DNA of 64,000 nt from Torpedo marmorata (GCA_977017645.1 OZ360238.1:72168001-72232000), one strand, 5' to 3'. Numbered from the stretch's first letter, positions 12,031 to 24,959 are shown. Notes: generated by a model from the letters alone, not told the origin. Numbers and translations: made by a program.

Positions 12031-14219
12031 TTTTTTTATTTTTTTATTTTTTTTAAATAATTTTATTTAACTTTTAAAATCACAGAATACATAAATCAAA
12101 AATAGTATATCATCAAAAATACATGTGATATATTACCTCCCCCCCTCCCACCCTCCCCTCCCCAACCCTCCCACACTATTCTAATAAAAAAAAAAGAAAG
12201 AGAAAAATAAAGAGGTATTAGTTAAAAGAAAAAAAGAATAGAATGAATAATAAAGTTTTAAGAGTTAGTATGAGGAGAAAACCATTACAAGCTAACTCTA
12301 CTTATATATTGGAGGTTACATTTGTCAGCGTTACCAACTTTTAGAGAATTAATTCATACCCATGATTCTCATATATGGGCTCCAAATTTTCAAAAAGAAA
12401 TGATATTTATCTCGTAAATTATATGTAATTTTTTCCAATGGTATACAAGAACGTAATTCTGCATGTAATCTGTCTTAAATTCAAATCTAAATCTGATTTC
12501 CAAGTAATAGCGATACATTTTTTCGAAATCGCTAACACAATTCGTAAAAATTCTATTTGATACATATTTAATCTATTTCTAATACTAATCTTTTTAATAT
12601 CTCCAAATAAAAATATCATAGGATCCATTGGAATCATAGTATTGAAAATTCTATCTAAAAAATCCTTAACTTTAGACCAAAAATTGTGAATTTTTAAACA
12701 TGACCATGTACAGTGTACAAAAGAACCTATTTCATCTTTACACCTAAAACACATATCTGATAATACCGGATTAAATTTCTTTAATTTTTTAGGTGTTATA
12801 TATAATTGATGAAAAAAATTATATTGTACTAATCTATATCTAACATTAATAATTTTAATCATACTCAATTTACATAATTCTTTCCAATGTTGTTCATCTA
12901 TACTAATATTTAAATCTGACTCCCAATTTAATCTAGATTTATGTAATCCTACTTTAGGCATCTTTTTTTGAAGTAGTTTATACATTTGTGATATAAATTT
13001 ATTAACATTTCCATTAGTAATTAATAACTCTAATCCATCTTGTCTAGGAGATATTAATTGATTCCCCAATTTCTCAACTAAAAATCCTTTAACCTGATAA
13101 TAAGCCAAAATCGTATTATCCATTATTCCAAATTTTTCTTTCAACCTAGAAAAAGTAACAAATCTTCCCGCCTCAAAGCAATCTTTAATCTTCTTAATTC
13201 CTTTTTGATACCATAATTTTAAAAATTGATTATCAATGGAAAAAGGTAACAATAAATTCTGATATAATGGCATATTTAAAGATATTAATCCTTTTCGTCC
13301 TATTTCATTATCTAACTGAGTCCAAATTTCCAATAAATGTTTAATAATTGGCGATTTTTTCTTTTTAATTAATAATAATTTAGAATTCCATTTATAAATA
13401 ATATCTTCCTTATATCTTTCCCCTATATTACTCAATTCTATATTAATCCAAGCAGTATTTTTAGTTAAATCAAAAAATTCATTAATAAATTTTAATTGTG
13501 CTGCCTTATAGTAATATTCAAAATTGGGAAGCTGTAATCCACCCATTTCGTATTCCCAAGTTAATTTATCTATACTTACCCTTGCTAACTTTCCTTTCCA
13601 TAAAAACTTTCTAATAATGATTTTTAAATCTTTGAAAAATTTTTGAGGAATACCAAAAGGTATAGATTGAAAAAGATATTGAACTCTTGGAAAAATATTC
13701 ATTTTAATACAATTCACTCTTCCCATTAGAGTTATAGGTAAATCTTTCCAGTTTTCCAAATCTTTCTTTATTTTCTGGAATAAAGGTATATAGTTTAATT
13801 TATATAAATTTTCCAATTTTGTATCTACTTTAACTCCCAAATATTTAATTGCTTCTTTAGCCCATTTAAAATTTGTAACTTCTTTACATTTAGTATAATC
13901 TCCTTGAGATAACGCCATTATCTCACTCTTATCCGAATTTATTTTATATCCAGATATCTCACCATACTCCCTCAATATCTTATCTAATTGTTGAAGCGAT
14001 TCAATAGATTTCGTCATATATATTAATACATCATCTGCAAACAAACTAATTCTGTGTTCTTCTGCACCTACTTTAATCCCGTTTATATTAGTATCTTTCC
14101 TAATCATTTCAGCCAGCGGTTCTATTGCCAATACAAACAAAGCAGGTGACAAAGGACATCCTTGTCTTGTTGATCGTGTCAAACAAAATTTAGATGATAT
14201 TTGACCATTTGTAATTACT
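12031..14219 (-). mobile_element. 5'-truncated L1-clade LINE (ORF2 RT to CCHC end, 3' UTR, poly(A))
   Basis: ORF 12419-14242 with TRQGCPLSP, FADD, YLGV, GGLQLPN, CFRC..HCTWSC; T-rich tail from 12031; TSD aaagttccacaatt at 12017-12030 and 14220-14233. Confidence 0.93.
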
Positions 14220-14564
14220 AAAGTTCCACAATTGATACCCATTTAACAAAATCTATTGGGATGGTAATGAAATCTCTCGTCTTAAGGGCGAGATGAAGGG
14301 AAGGGTGGTGGTGTGAAGAAGGAGAATAGACAGAAGAGAAACTCTCCAGATTTCCACTTCATGCTCAGCAGCACCTATTCCACCAACATTCCATATTGAG
14401 GGAGAACAGAATCAACCTCATAATCGGGGACATACAAATAGAGAGCATGGGAAGAATTTCTTTACTACCCAATTTGAAGCTCGTGTTCAATGTTTAAAGC
14501 AGTACAATTTATTTTCATTAACTACCCACCCCTTCCCCCACCCCTGCCAGATTCTACTATTGAT

Positions 14565-15620
14565 CTACTCATCCTACGGCCAATTTACAGTGGACAATTA
14601 ATCAATCAACCCACACAATTTTGGGATGTGGGAGGAAGTCATGGCGGCATTGCCGGAGCCGCTGTAGTGGCAGCGCTGCCGCTGGTGCGAACCCGCAGGG
14701 AGCGAGGGAGCGGAGATGCAGCGCTCCCGCGGGGTCCAGCCGCCCAGTTGACTGCCGTCGGTTCCGCACGGGCTTTGAACGGCCCATTAAAGGAGCTGAC
14801 GGTGGTTTTATTTAAGATCCCGCGACCACGGGGTCTGTGCCCAAGATGGCAGCGCCTTTTAACCGGCAGCAGCCACGAGGGGCTGCAGATTCCGGGGAAG
14901 CAGAGGACTGGAGCAGGGCACCAGAGGACGGGAAGATCACACCCCCGTCTGAGAAGGAGAAGCGGAGGAGTCGACCAACAGGACGGTGACCACGGCGGCG
15001 GACCGGTGAGGGGCTCTGAGGCTGAAGGACCAGTGCATGCGGCGGGCTGCTGGCGACTCGAGGCGAGGAACCCCCGGAAGCTGTGGGCTGCTGGAGACTG
15101 CTGTCGGGGGACTCACGCCGGGCTGCAGATGGCTGGAGGCTGGCTCGAACTGGCTGGAGGAGTACCAGGTATCGGAACCGGGAAGCGAAGGGGTGCCGAG
15201 GGCGACCTGAGCGTGTCGGAGGTTCGGATCTGGAGCTCGGGATGCCGATCGTTTGGACTGGACTCTGTGTGGCTGCGGAAGCTGCGGAAGCGCTGGAGGT
15301 GAATCTATGGACACTCGATGACTCTGGGGGGACTCTTTTGCTTCTCTTTCTCTGACTGTTAGGAATGTTAGAGGCGCTTAGGCAATTTCTGCTGGTGGCG
15401 AATCTGTTTGCCTTGCAGCAGGCAAAAAGAAATTTCATGGAATATGACACTGTCTTATTACTATGACAATAAATTGAATCTTGAATCTTGAAGTCAGAGC
15501 AGCCTGAGGAAATCCATCCGATTACAAAGAGGACATGCAAACTCCACACAAATATCACTGGAAGTCAGGACTGAACATTGGAGCTGTGAAGCAGCAACTC
15601 CACTATCGGTGGCACTGCAC
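14565..15620 (-). mobile_element. Old V-SINE (HE1-like) split by a younger insertion (pieces 14565-14641 and 15497-15620)
   Basis: tttgggatgtgggaggaa...gaggaaatccatccgattacaaagaggacatgcaaactccacaca resembles the V-SINE core seen intact at 26085-26346. Confidence 0.7.
14642..15489 (+). mobile_element. CpG-rich non-autonomous retroposon, copy 1
   Basis: Full-length homology to 20516-21322 in inverted orientation; ends AATAAA + (ttgaatc)n; candidate TSD gaagtca at 14635-14641 and 15490-15496. Confidence 0.85.
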
Positions 15621-17499
15621 TCTTCTTGTTCCGGCAGTCTTTTCAGTCTTTTCTTTTGAAATGATAACTATCACCTTGCCTCTACATGAAGGATGATATT
15701 TAAAATGTATCTTCTTAGCAAATGTGCTTTCAAAGGTTTTCTGTACGTTCAAGATTTTTGCTTAATAAGAAGAGTTAATGATAATAATATGATGATTTTA
15801 TAAAGTAAAAGTGTTTAAAGCTTCTTATCTTCTGACTAACACCCATGTCATACTACTGATCAGTTTACTGTGTCTAAATTGTACACGCCATTTATTTCAC
15901 AGCGCTAAAAGATCAAGGTCTAACTTTAATCTCTGAACTTCCATATTTCACTGCTAATCTCAAAACTTTGCAAAGAGGGGATTTTGATTTACCAAGTGCT
16001 CAGAAGTGCACAGAGGCAAGATGTCTTTCTCCCATTACAGTGGCTCAGAACTTTAACAAGGAGAGGTATTGTTAGGCAATTCAATTCAATTGTATGTGAT
16101 AGAAATGCTGGTTTTGAAATTTAATTTTACATCACAGTGCAAGGAACGTAACAAGTGACTTCTGAAGTAACTATCGCTGAGGGCTACGTCAAGCATGTGG
16201 GTGTGAAGCAAGTCAGTCCCTGAACAAACACAGAAACCTTTCTTGCACACTAACTGCTGTAATATTGAGCCAAAGCACTATCAAATCTGCGTGAAGTAAT
16301 TTTTGCTTTATTACCAATTGAGCACTCAATAAAATGGCTTAAAGTGACCGATAGTCATAATGTATTTTTTTTAAAGAATTTTGTTGTCATGTCAAACCGC
16401 ACAGGAGGTCTGTAAGCAGAGGGTTATTTTCTGAGTAGTTTCATTGTTCCAGATGTCATATTTTTAGTTGGAGCATAAGGTATTTTTCATTCCTTTGACA
16501 GATCACCTGAGTGTCCATGGGCTTTTCTCCATTTTGACAGCATGCTCTACCAGCTCGCTGAGGGCCTGGTTCTAGCTCTTGGGCATCTTTTGATAAATGA
16601 TTAAAGATGTGATTTAGAACCTTGCTCTTATATACTGCCCTAGAAATGAAGCCTGGGATATTTTAACTCCATTTACGCTATACTGCCTGACTTCACATCC
16701 CAATGGTAGGAAGCACTGTTTCACCCACAGATCTCCCCCAAGACCAGGCAAGTGGCATGATCAGCTATCAGAAATGTTTTGCAATGGGGTAGACTGGCTT
16801 GTCTTGGACAGAAGTGCTCCAAGTTGCCTGCTCCTTTTGTACCCTTTAGCAAAGCAGAAGGAAAAAAAACATTTAAGGCTTACCTGTACACACGTGGAAG
16901 ACTAAAAATTGCAGTCTGATCCCAAAAATAATGGTGGGAACCCACTGATGTCATTAAGACTTATGATTACTTATCAGACTTATGTAATACACCAAGAGTT
17001 ATGTGTTAGTCTTACATTAGAGTTTATTTATGGCCCCCTTATTTCAGCCAATTAAAAGTGCAATAGGTTCCTAGAAGCTTTAAAATGAATAAATAATTTG
17101 GGAAACTTTAAAGTCCAGCGGCCAAGTGGAGTGAAGATCTGCCTCTGCATATCCATCTCCATTATTTTTATATAACAATATTTTTATCTCTGTAGTTTTC
17201 ACTTCATATATCAGTTATAATTTTGTGGGCTGATAATGGGGCATTTCATATTTTTTTTAAATTATTAACTTACTATTCCTAGATACCCTTATAACTTTTA
17301 TACATAAATGAAATAGGTCAATCCTTTATTAAAAACAACGTAATTGAGAAGCAAAAAGCTATATAACTACTGGAAGAAGTAAATGTGGAGAGGTGATGAT
17401 TGGCTGGAAGATCTGACAGGGTGGAATTGCATTATATTAAGTATTTCAGCATGCTTATAATGTCTAAAATTTATAGAGGTACAACTTGCAGTTTTGAGA

Positions 17500-18120
17500 C
17501 ATTGAGGAAAATAGCTTTTTAATTAACACAATTTACATATGTAAATGTAATTTAATTAGGATAGCTAATTAAAACATGATCTTTTATGGCATAAAGATAG
17601 TATTTGGAGTTTTTGAGTTGCAGGTGAAAATCCATTTTCTAATTAATGCAGTTAATATGCAAATCACATTTAATTAGTGTACCTCATCAGGATATTATCC
17701 AGATTCCAATAATAATCATATGTTCCAAGTTTTATAAAGATGGAATTGTGCCTTCAGAGTTGCAGGCGGAAGGATAGTTTCTAATTAACCTGCTTTGCAT
17801 ATGTAAAGTAGTCACAATTATCATAATTCAGTAATATGTTATCCTTAAGACGTATCAATTATACCCTGCGAGCAATGTAAATGAAGACCCCATAGCTTAT
17901 GAATTAATATTAGTAAGAAAACAGTAAAATGAATTTTTAATTTTTCTGACTTGGATATTGTATCTTTTTTTAACTGCAGAACACATATAATTGAGAATAA
18001 TTTAAAGTAATTTAAAGTAGGAAATTTTGTCATTTTCGCTGTCTTGAGGAAATGTAAATCCAAGATTACTCTGATAAGTTAGTGGGAACAGTAGGAGCAT
18101 TTCTGTGTTATGAAAATGAC
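17500..18120. promoter_or_regulatory. Candidate conserved non-coding enhancer rich in POU/homeodomain sites
   Basis: ATGCAAAT 17657-17664; palindrome atttacatatgtaaat 17531-17546; tttgcatatgtaaa 17794-17807; many TAATTA; no recognisable TE. Conservation not tested. Confidence 0.45.
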
Positions 18121-18639
18121 ATTTTCTATGATTTATACAACTTAAAGTATTTTGACATTTCACAGTGATAACTGTACAACAGTCTATTGTTCAATAACTA
18201 TGGATTTACACACTAGTTTCAATAACATCAGGCTGAACTATTACTTCAGGCAAAGCCTGGAAGCGCAGAACTTAGCTTACTTCTTGATCCTCGCACCAAA
18301 TTTACTCCATGCATCCAATCTATTATCAAATTGCTTATGTTAACCTATCATTTTCCTTCTCCTGCTTTTAATTCAGAAGGTTGCAGGTTTAAATTCCACT
18401 CCTGAACCTGCAACCTAACCTGACCCAACCTCATCTGGCTCCTTTATACCAACCAGAGTCATCTTCAGCCTCACCTTCAGGTGCCTTTACTTCTTTCTCT
18501 TATTCAAGCAATCTTCTTACGCTGCACTGTCCTAAGTGGGAGCACCTTTGCTCCCTGGGCCCTTGCTCTAGCACCTTTCTCTTGTTATTTCTCTCTCTCT
18601 TTTCATGATAACCTGTTTATTGCTCCATCACGTTGAAAA

Positions 18640-18860
18640 ATTGAAATCAAAAGTGTCTGGTAACTTGTTGTATGGAAGCAGAAAATGACAATGAAAGTTT
18701 CTCATGTCAGAGAAACCCAACTGGTTCGCTTACTATCTTCAGGAAATGGATTCAGTCACCCTGCCTTACAACATCTGTCTGATTTTGCCAGTGCTCAGAG
18801 GCAAATAGGAATGTGCAATAAATGTTGTTCCACTGTGTCACTAACGTCCTAAAAATAATT
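18640..18860 (+). mobile_element. Degraded ancient SINE/LINE tail (LF-SINE-like)
   Basis: ctggttcgcttactatcttcaggaaatgga and aataggaatgtgcaataaatg resemble the LF-SINE core and tail as I recall them. Confidence 0.4.
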
Positions 18861-19026
18861 ACCGGTAACTGTTCTGCCAACTCCTCAAACTTCTGCTCTT
18901 CTATTCTCCCTCTATTTGCTTTCTATATTTTTTTCCACAATCTATAAAGACTTTGTAATGTTTTACAACCCAAGAAGTGTGCTACATAAATGTGACCAGT
19001 TGATAAATATTGAGAAGGCTCTCACC

Positions 19027-19226
19027 TTTCAGATTTCAGATTCAGATTTCAGATTTATTGTCAGAGTACATACATGACATCACATACAACCCTGAGATTC
19101 TTTTTCCTGAGGGCGAGGCAGAATTACCACTTATTGGCAGTGCAAAAAAAAATGGACTCAATGTATACATGTAAACAAACAAAGAAAAGAAACAAACTGA
19201 CTGTGCAATACAGAGATAGAAAAAAA
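19027..19226 (-). mobile_element. Rex1-like LINE extreme 3' end
   Basis: (ttcaga)n-type tail followed by tttatt; 19176-19226 matches the Rex1 3' UTR at 50189-50242. Confidence 0.7.
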
Positions 19227-19352
19227 TGCCTTCCTGTTTTTTGCTTATACCTTGAAGAAGGGCTCAGGCCCAAAACGTTGGTAATATATCTTTACCTCCT
19301 ATGGACGCTATGAGACCGACTGAGTTCCTCCAGCATTTCTGTGTGTTTTTAC
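19227..19352 (+). mobile_element. Penelope pLTR fragment
   Basis: Close match to arm 1134-1254. Confidence 0.8.
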
Positions 19353-19871
19353 TCATAATAAAACTTGCTCTGCTAACTGGCCAAGAATGGAAATGTTTAA
19401 AAACGTGTGCTGTCTGTGTTCCTTTCCATGTTGCTGCAGATTCCACTTACTTATTCACCAAGCTGTTAGCATCCACCCACCACTAAGAATGCTGTAATTT
19501 ATATCAAAAGAACCTTCTGATATCACAGAGATAAAATTATCTTCCTTCAGGAAAATAACTATCATTTTAACAGGTACACAACACAGTAATAATAAATGCT
19601 GGTAGGTGGGCAGTAAATTTAAGGCAGCGATAACAACCAAAGCTGTGCTAATAGAGCAGACAGAGACCATCCCCTCACCCCACCACCCCCCCCCCCCCAC
19701 CCCGCCCCCAACCAGGAGATCAATGCCAATCAATCCAGTACTCCATTGTTTGTTGATTTCCATAAGCAGTTTGAAACTCATTCTTATTGAGTTAAACTCA
19801 AAACAGACTTCAAACAGAGTTTGAAATTTAGTGAAAGTTGGTCACACCAGCACAATTTCTTCATGGAGAAT

Positions 19872-20430
19872 AGTCAAGTCAAGTCAAGTCACCTTTATTT
19901 GTCATTCATTACCATATACACAGTAAGACGAGATAGCGTTTCTCCAGGACCATGGGCTGATGTACATAAATATCATAATACAATAGAAAAAACTATAGCA
20001 CGCTAATACACATATACATCTAGGAATTGAGGAGCCTGATGGCTTGGGGGAAAAAACTGTTGCACAGTCTGGACGTACGAGCCCGAGTGCTTCGGTACCT
20101 CCTTCCAGATGGCAAAGGGGAAAACAGTTTACCAAAGGGGTGTGAGAAGTCCTTCACAATGTTTTTAGCCTTCCTCATGCATCGTGTGTTGTAGATGTCT
20201 GTCATGGTGGGGAGAGAGACTCCAATAATTTTCTCCGCTGCCCTCACTATCCTCTGCAGGGTCTTTCGGTCCGAGGTGGTACAGTTACCAAACCAAGCGG
20301 TGATGTAATTGCTCAAAATACTCTCAATACATCCCCTGTAGAATGTAGTAAGCATAGGGGGTGGGAGATGAACTTTCCTCAGTCTTCGCAGGAAGTAAAG
20401 ACGCTGCTGGGCTTTCTTGACTATGGAACT
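19872..20430 (-). mobile_element. Rex1/Babar-like LINE 3' fragment
   Basis: ORF 20020-20460: KKAQQRLYFLRRLRK...FYRGCIESIL...LPSGRRYRS...NSFFPQAIRLLN; (caagt)n tail at 19872-19890. Confidence 0.88.
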
Positions 20431-20515
20431 ATGGAATATCATTGAAAGTAATGTTTTCATCTAGTGAGTGACTAAATTATAAATCGTTTTTACAGTACCA
20501 TGATGGTCAGTCATA

Positions 20516-21322
20516 TCAAGATTCAAGATTCAATTTATTGTCATAGTAATAAGACAGTGTCATATTCCATGAAATTTATTTTTGCCTGCTGCAAGGCAGA
20601 CAGATTCGCCACCGGCAGAAATTGCCTAAGCGCCTCTAACATTCCTTACAGTCAGAGAAAGAGAAGCAAAAGAGAGTCCCCCCAGAGTCACCGAGTGTCC
20701 GTAGATTCGCCTCCAGCGCTTCCGCAGCCTCCGCAGCCACACAGAGTCCAGTCCAAACCATGGCAACCCGAGCTCCAGATCCGAACCTCCGACACGGTCA
20801 GGGCGCCCTCGGCACCCCCTCGCTTCCCGGTTCTGATACCTGGTACTCCTCCAGCCAGTTCGAGCCAGCCTCCAGCAGTCCCCCGAAAGCAGTGTCTGCG
20901 GGTTTCTCACCTCGAGTCGCCAGCAGCCCGCCGCATGCACTGGTCCTTCAGCCTCAGAGCCCCTCACTGGTCCGCCACCGTGGTCACCATCCCGTGGGTC
21001 GTCTCTTCCGCTTCTCCTTCTCAGACGCGGGTGATCTTCCCGTCCTCTGGTGCCCTGCTCCAGTCCTCCGCTTCCCCGGAGTCTGCAGTCCCTCGTGGCT
21101 GCTGCTGGTTAAAAGGTGCTGCCATCTTGGGCGCAGACCCCGCGGTCGCGGGATCGTAAATAAAACCACCGTCGGCTCCCTCAAAGCCCGTGCGGAACCG
21201 ACGGCAGTCGACTGGGCAGTTGGACCCCGCGGGAGCGCTGTATCTCCGCTCCCTCGCTCCCCGCGGGTCCGCACCAGCGGCAGCGCTGCCGCCACAGCGG
21301 CTCCGGCAGCGCCGCCATCTCC
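20516..21322 (-). mobile_element. CpG-rich non-autonomous retroposon, copy 2
   Basis: Inverted homologue of 14642-15489; begins AGATGGCGGC on the minus strand; candidate TSD ccatgatgg at 20498-20506 and 21323-21331 (9 extra nt at the tail). Confidence 0.85.
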
Positions 21323-22631
21323 CCATGATGGAAGAATGATTGATGCACAATGATCTAGTGGGAATAGAAACCTTGGTGCACACTTCCAACTTTCTCCCAT
21401 TGCACCTCACTCTAAACTTGAAAATTTAACACCTTGACAAATTTGACACCCACTCACACATATGGTGCAAGGAAAACACAATATAAGGTTGATTTTCCAC
21501 ATTCTCTCTCATGGTGAGGTACTGTGAAATGCCAATATGTATTCATGCAATCAAGGAACCTAACCAGAGATGAAGAGTCAGCAAATCATTCCTGATAGAA
21601 ATTTATGAGAGTAACATTACATTTTGTGATAGATGAGAAATAAATTCATTGAAGATAAAATACTGGGATTTTAATTTGTGTCTGGAAGGTTATTAAATAA
21701 AAGCTCCAAGGTATCAATCTGAGAATAGATTCTATGTTGTTAAATGTATTAATTGCTCTCTAGAAAGTTTCCATCCTGTCAGTATAGGACCAATGGACTA
21801 ATGCTGTTAACCTTCATTCTTACTTTCAGCCAAGTACTCATTCAATTTTGTTTTTGAAGGAACTATTTGACACAATTTTATCAAGCATCAATGGGAGTCT
21901 ACTTCACATCATCCATTTCTCTCTAGGATAAAGTGAAAACTTCTCATCTCTAGCTTCACTGAAGGCTAGCCAGTTCTGGACCAGCATCTCCAGTCTTGTA
22001 ATCAGCTCCATCTCCATTAGTCATTTGTGATGGACAGCAACTTTAAAAGCATATTCATTCTTCAATTTTGTCCGGATACATGAAAAACACCTTTGTTAAT
22101 GCTTTAAAATTCAGTTTTAACCCGCAGAGTTATTCTAATGTTTTTAAATGAGCTGTGCCAACCATCTTAATATTTTATTCAAAGTTGTGCGTACAAAACT
22201 GCCCTATTCCAATTGTGAATTTTCACACGAGTTACATGGAGTTAAAATAATGTTTGACGGTTAAAGGAAAAATATTGAGTGCTGCAAGATCGCAGTCTTG
22301 CTGGATGAAAATGAACATTGTAAATTAGGCTCTAATAGTGGACTTAGCATCCCATTAATGAATCAGTCTGACTCGTCAGGTATTAACATTATGGTAAAGG
22401 ACTTTGGGGTCACCTAGCAGAAGTAGTAAAAAAAATTTCAGCCTACTGCAGATGAGCCAATCAAATCCAGTGTCTCAGTGGCTGGTATGTCACATTGGAA
22501 AAAAAAATATTATAGATTTTCCATTTCCCAAGTTTGGGATCTGTTTTTAATGGAGCTAGACTCACAACCATCACTAAGATGTGGCTCAAGCATCATTGAT
22601 CTCCCAATCTCAGGGCTATTAACATAAAGGG

Positions 22632-22790
22632 CAAACAATGGGCTGCTGGAGGAAGTCAGCGGTTTCGATAAAGCGCCCTGACCCGAAATGTTGACTGATC
22701 ATTTCTACCCATGGACACTGCCTGACCCATTGAGTCCATCCAGCAGCTCATCGTTTTCTCAAGATTCCAGAATCTGCAGTTTTTATGTCT
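22632..22790 (+). mobile_element. Older Penelope pLTR remnant with short fold-back
   Basis: ccctgacccgaaatgttgac...gcctgacccattgagtccatccagcag; leading ctgctggaggaagtca is roughly inverted to the downstream part. Confidence 0.6.
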
Positions 22791-23228
22791 CTCTATTAAC
22801 ATATTGGATTCATTTTATGATCTTCTGCAGGGAGTGAAGCCAGAGTGGTAAAAGAGTTTAATAGTAATGGGTCTTGGAGCTCAGTTAAAGGCCAGTGGTG
22901 CCAAAAACCTCCAATTTACCATAAAAATATTTTTTTTAATGTTCAAGCACCTTCCTTCCACTTTGTCCTTGACTATCTCAGACTCTGATGTGTAAGGTGC
23001 AGTAGAATAGGCATACTCTTCTTCCATTTCAATGTGGCTGTCTATTATTGAGCATTTGTATTGAATGCCATCACCTGTTGAAACATAGCTGGAGTGGAGC
23101 CCAAAGCAGGTTTCCACCCGAACCTTTGTTAATAGGGTAAACATTGGAACAGAAGGGCACCCCCTTCCGTTCCAATGTTAAAATGTCCTAAACAAATTTG
23201 CTTATTGTTTCTTTTCCCTTCTCAATAT

Positions 23229-24091
23229 TGTTATGGACCATGACTGACCATTTGGACTGCGGACGGTCAGCAGGAAGGATGAAGTATTTTGGAGTACACA
23301 CTGGGGCCAGGTACTGAAAGAGTTAACTTGCCCAGGACTTGGTGTACCCAGAGAGAGAGAGAGAGCAGAGAGAGAGAGACTGTGGAAAAGATACATTGTT
23401 GCACTTTTGCAAAAAGCAGGGGCAGATCTCTGCAAAGCAGACAGTTGTAAGTTGCAAAGGCTACAGAACACAGCCAAATCCAGGTTTGTGCATAGTCAGA
23501 GAAAAGACTGACAGGATAGCACATGGCCTCCTGTCTCAGAGAGAAATTCTGAGAAAAAGCAACTTCTGTGGAGAACAGGCGTGAGATCAGCGAGACTAGC
23601 TGTGAGATTCAAGCATACGCCTAAATCAGTGGTATACTGATCTGGAACTTGCAATCCTTATGAACCCAAGAAGGGGATGTCATCAGAGAAGAAAACAAGT
23701 ATTTGTAAGCATAAACAGTCATTGTCTCTCTCCAACGTTCATTCAGAAGTACTTCTACCAGACACAGAGTTGAATTGAAGCCTGAACTTAGAGAGTGAAT
23801 CTTGTGGACTGTATTATTCTCTTTTTTTTGACTGACTTGTTTTTTATGACTGACCTGGGGTTTTTTTGGGGGAAAGTTTTTCCATTTTTACATAAGGGTT
23901 GGGCACAGACTGTAATGGTCTGGGCTTTACACACACACACACACCTTTTAGATAAGAATAGTGTTTATAGACGTTTATAGTGGGGTTAATTGTTGTGAAA
24001 TTATATGTTTAATTGTGTTTAATAAATAGTAATTTCAATTTTACCCCTTTTGCATTGCGTCTTCTGTCGTTGCTGGTTTGATTTTGTAACA
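23229..24091 (+). mobile_element. Solo LTR (863 bp, Gypsy/ERV type)
   Basis: Termini TGTTA...TAACA; 4-bp TSD ATAT at 23225-23228 and 24092-24095; AATAAA at 24021-24026. Confidence 0.78.
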
Positions 24092-24329
24092 ATATATTAG
24101 TTGCCAGATTTGGAATACCATCTCAGAATATCACTTCTGAGTACTGTAGTATAGTAAGCATGTGAATGTGTAAGTGCATTTGGCGAGTGATTACCATCTG
24201 TCAGAGCCCACTAGAGAAGCAACCTATTTTAATGGCTTCACCTGCTGGAGGTAAGAAGATGAAGCAACAAAAAGATATCTCTCCATAACCAAGTCAGCAA
24301 AGTCTCTGATCCCATATATACAAGCACAA

Positions 24330-24700
24330 TTCAGAATCAGAATTTATTGTCATGAACAAGTCATGAAATTCGGTGTTTTGCGGCAGCATCATAGTGCAGA
24401 CATTCATATTATAACCATCTTACGACATTGCTGTAAAAAATATAAATAATAGTGCACGAAATGTAAGGCAGTGTCTTTGGTTCATTGATTATTCAGGAAT
24501 CTGATGGCAGCAGGGAAGAAGCTGTCCTTGAGCCATTGAGTGTTCGTCTTTAGGCTCCTGTACCTTTTTCCCGATGGTAGCAGAGTGAAGAGGGCATGGC
24601 CTGGGTGGTGGGGGTCTTTGAGGATAGAGGCTGCTTTTTTAAGACACCGCCTCATGTAGATGTCCTCGATGGAGTGAAGTCTGGTGCCTGTGATGTCACA
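24330..24700 (-). mobile_element. Rex1-like LINE 3' fragment
   Basis: (cagaat)n tail + tttatt; tacctttttcccgatggtagcagagtgaagagg encodes LFTLLPSGKRY on the minus strand. Confidence 0.8.
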
Positions 24701-24923
24701 TTCTCATTCTCATGAAATCATTATATGAGCTTCTTCCCTAAGATTTAAAAACAAGCTGTCCCAGGTAACAAATGGGTTCCATTTTTATTGATATCCTAAG
24801 GTCGATTTTCTCAGTAAGTCAGAAAATACACAAAAATTGCTTGATACATTAAGCCATACCCCCACAGCATTGTAATGAATGGCATCAAAATCACATGAAG
24901 AACAATGACTAAAAGTGGTGTGT

Positions 24924-24924
<1 letters not shown>

Positions 24925-24958
<34 letters not shown>
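24925..24958. repeat. (TG)n(AG)n compound microsatellite
   Basis: Read directly. Confidence 0.9.

Positions 24959-24959
<1 letters not shown>

Noticed and set aside
14490-15558. Overlapping 125-270 aa ORFs here and at 20500-21410
   Set aside because: By-product of high GC in a repeated element; frames differ between copies and no domain motifs are present
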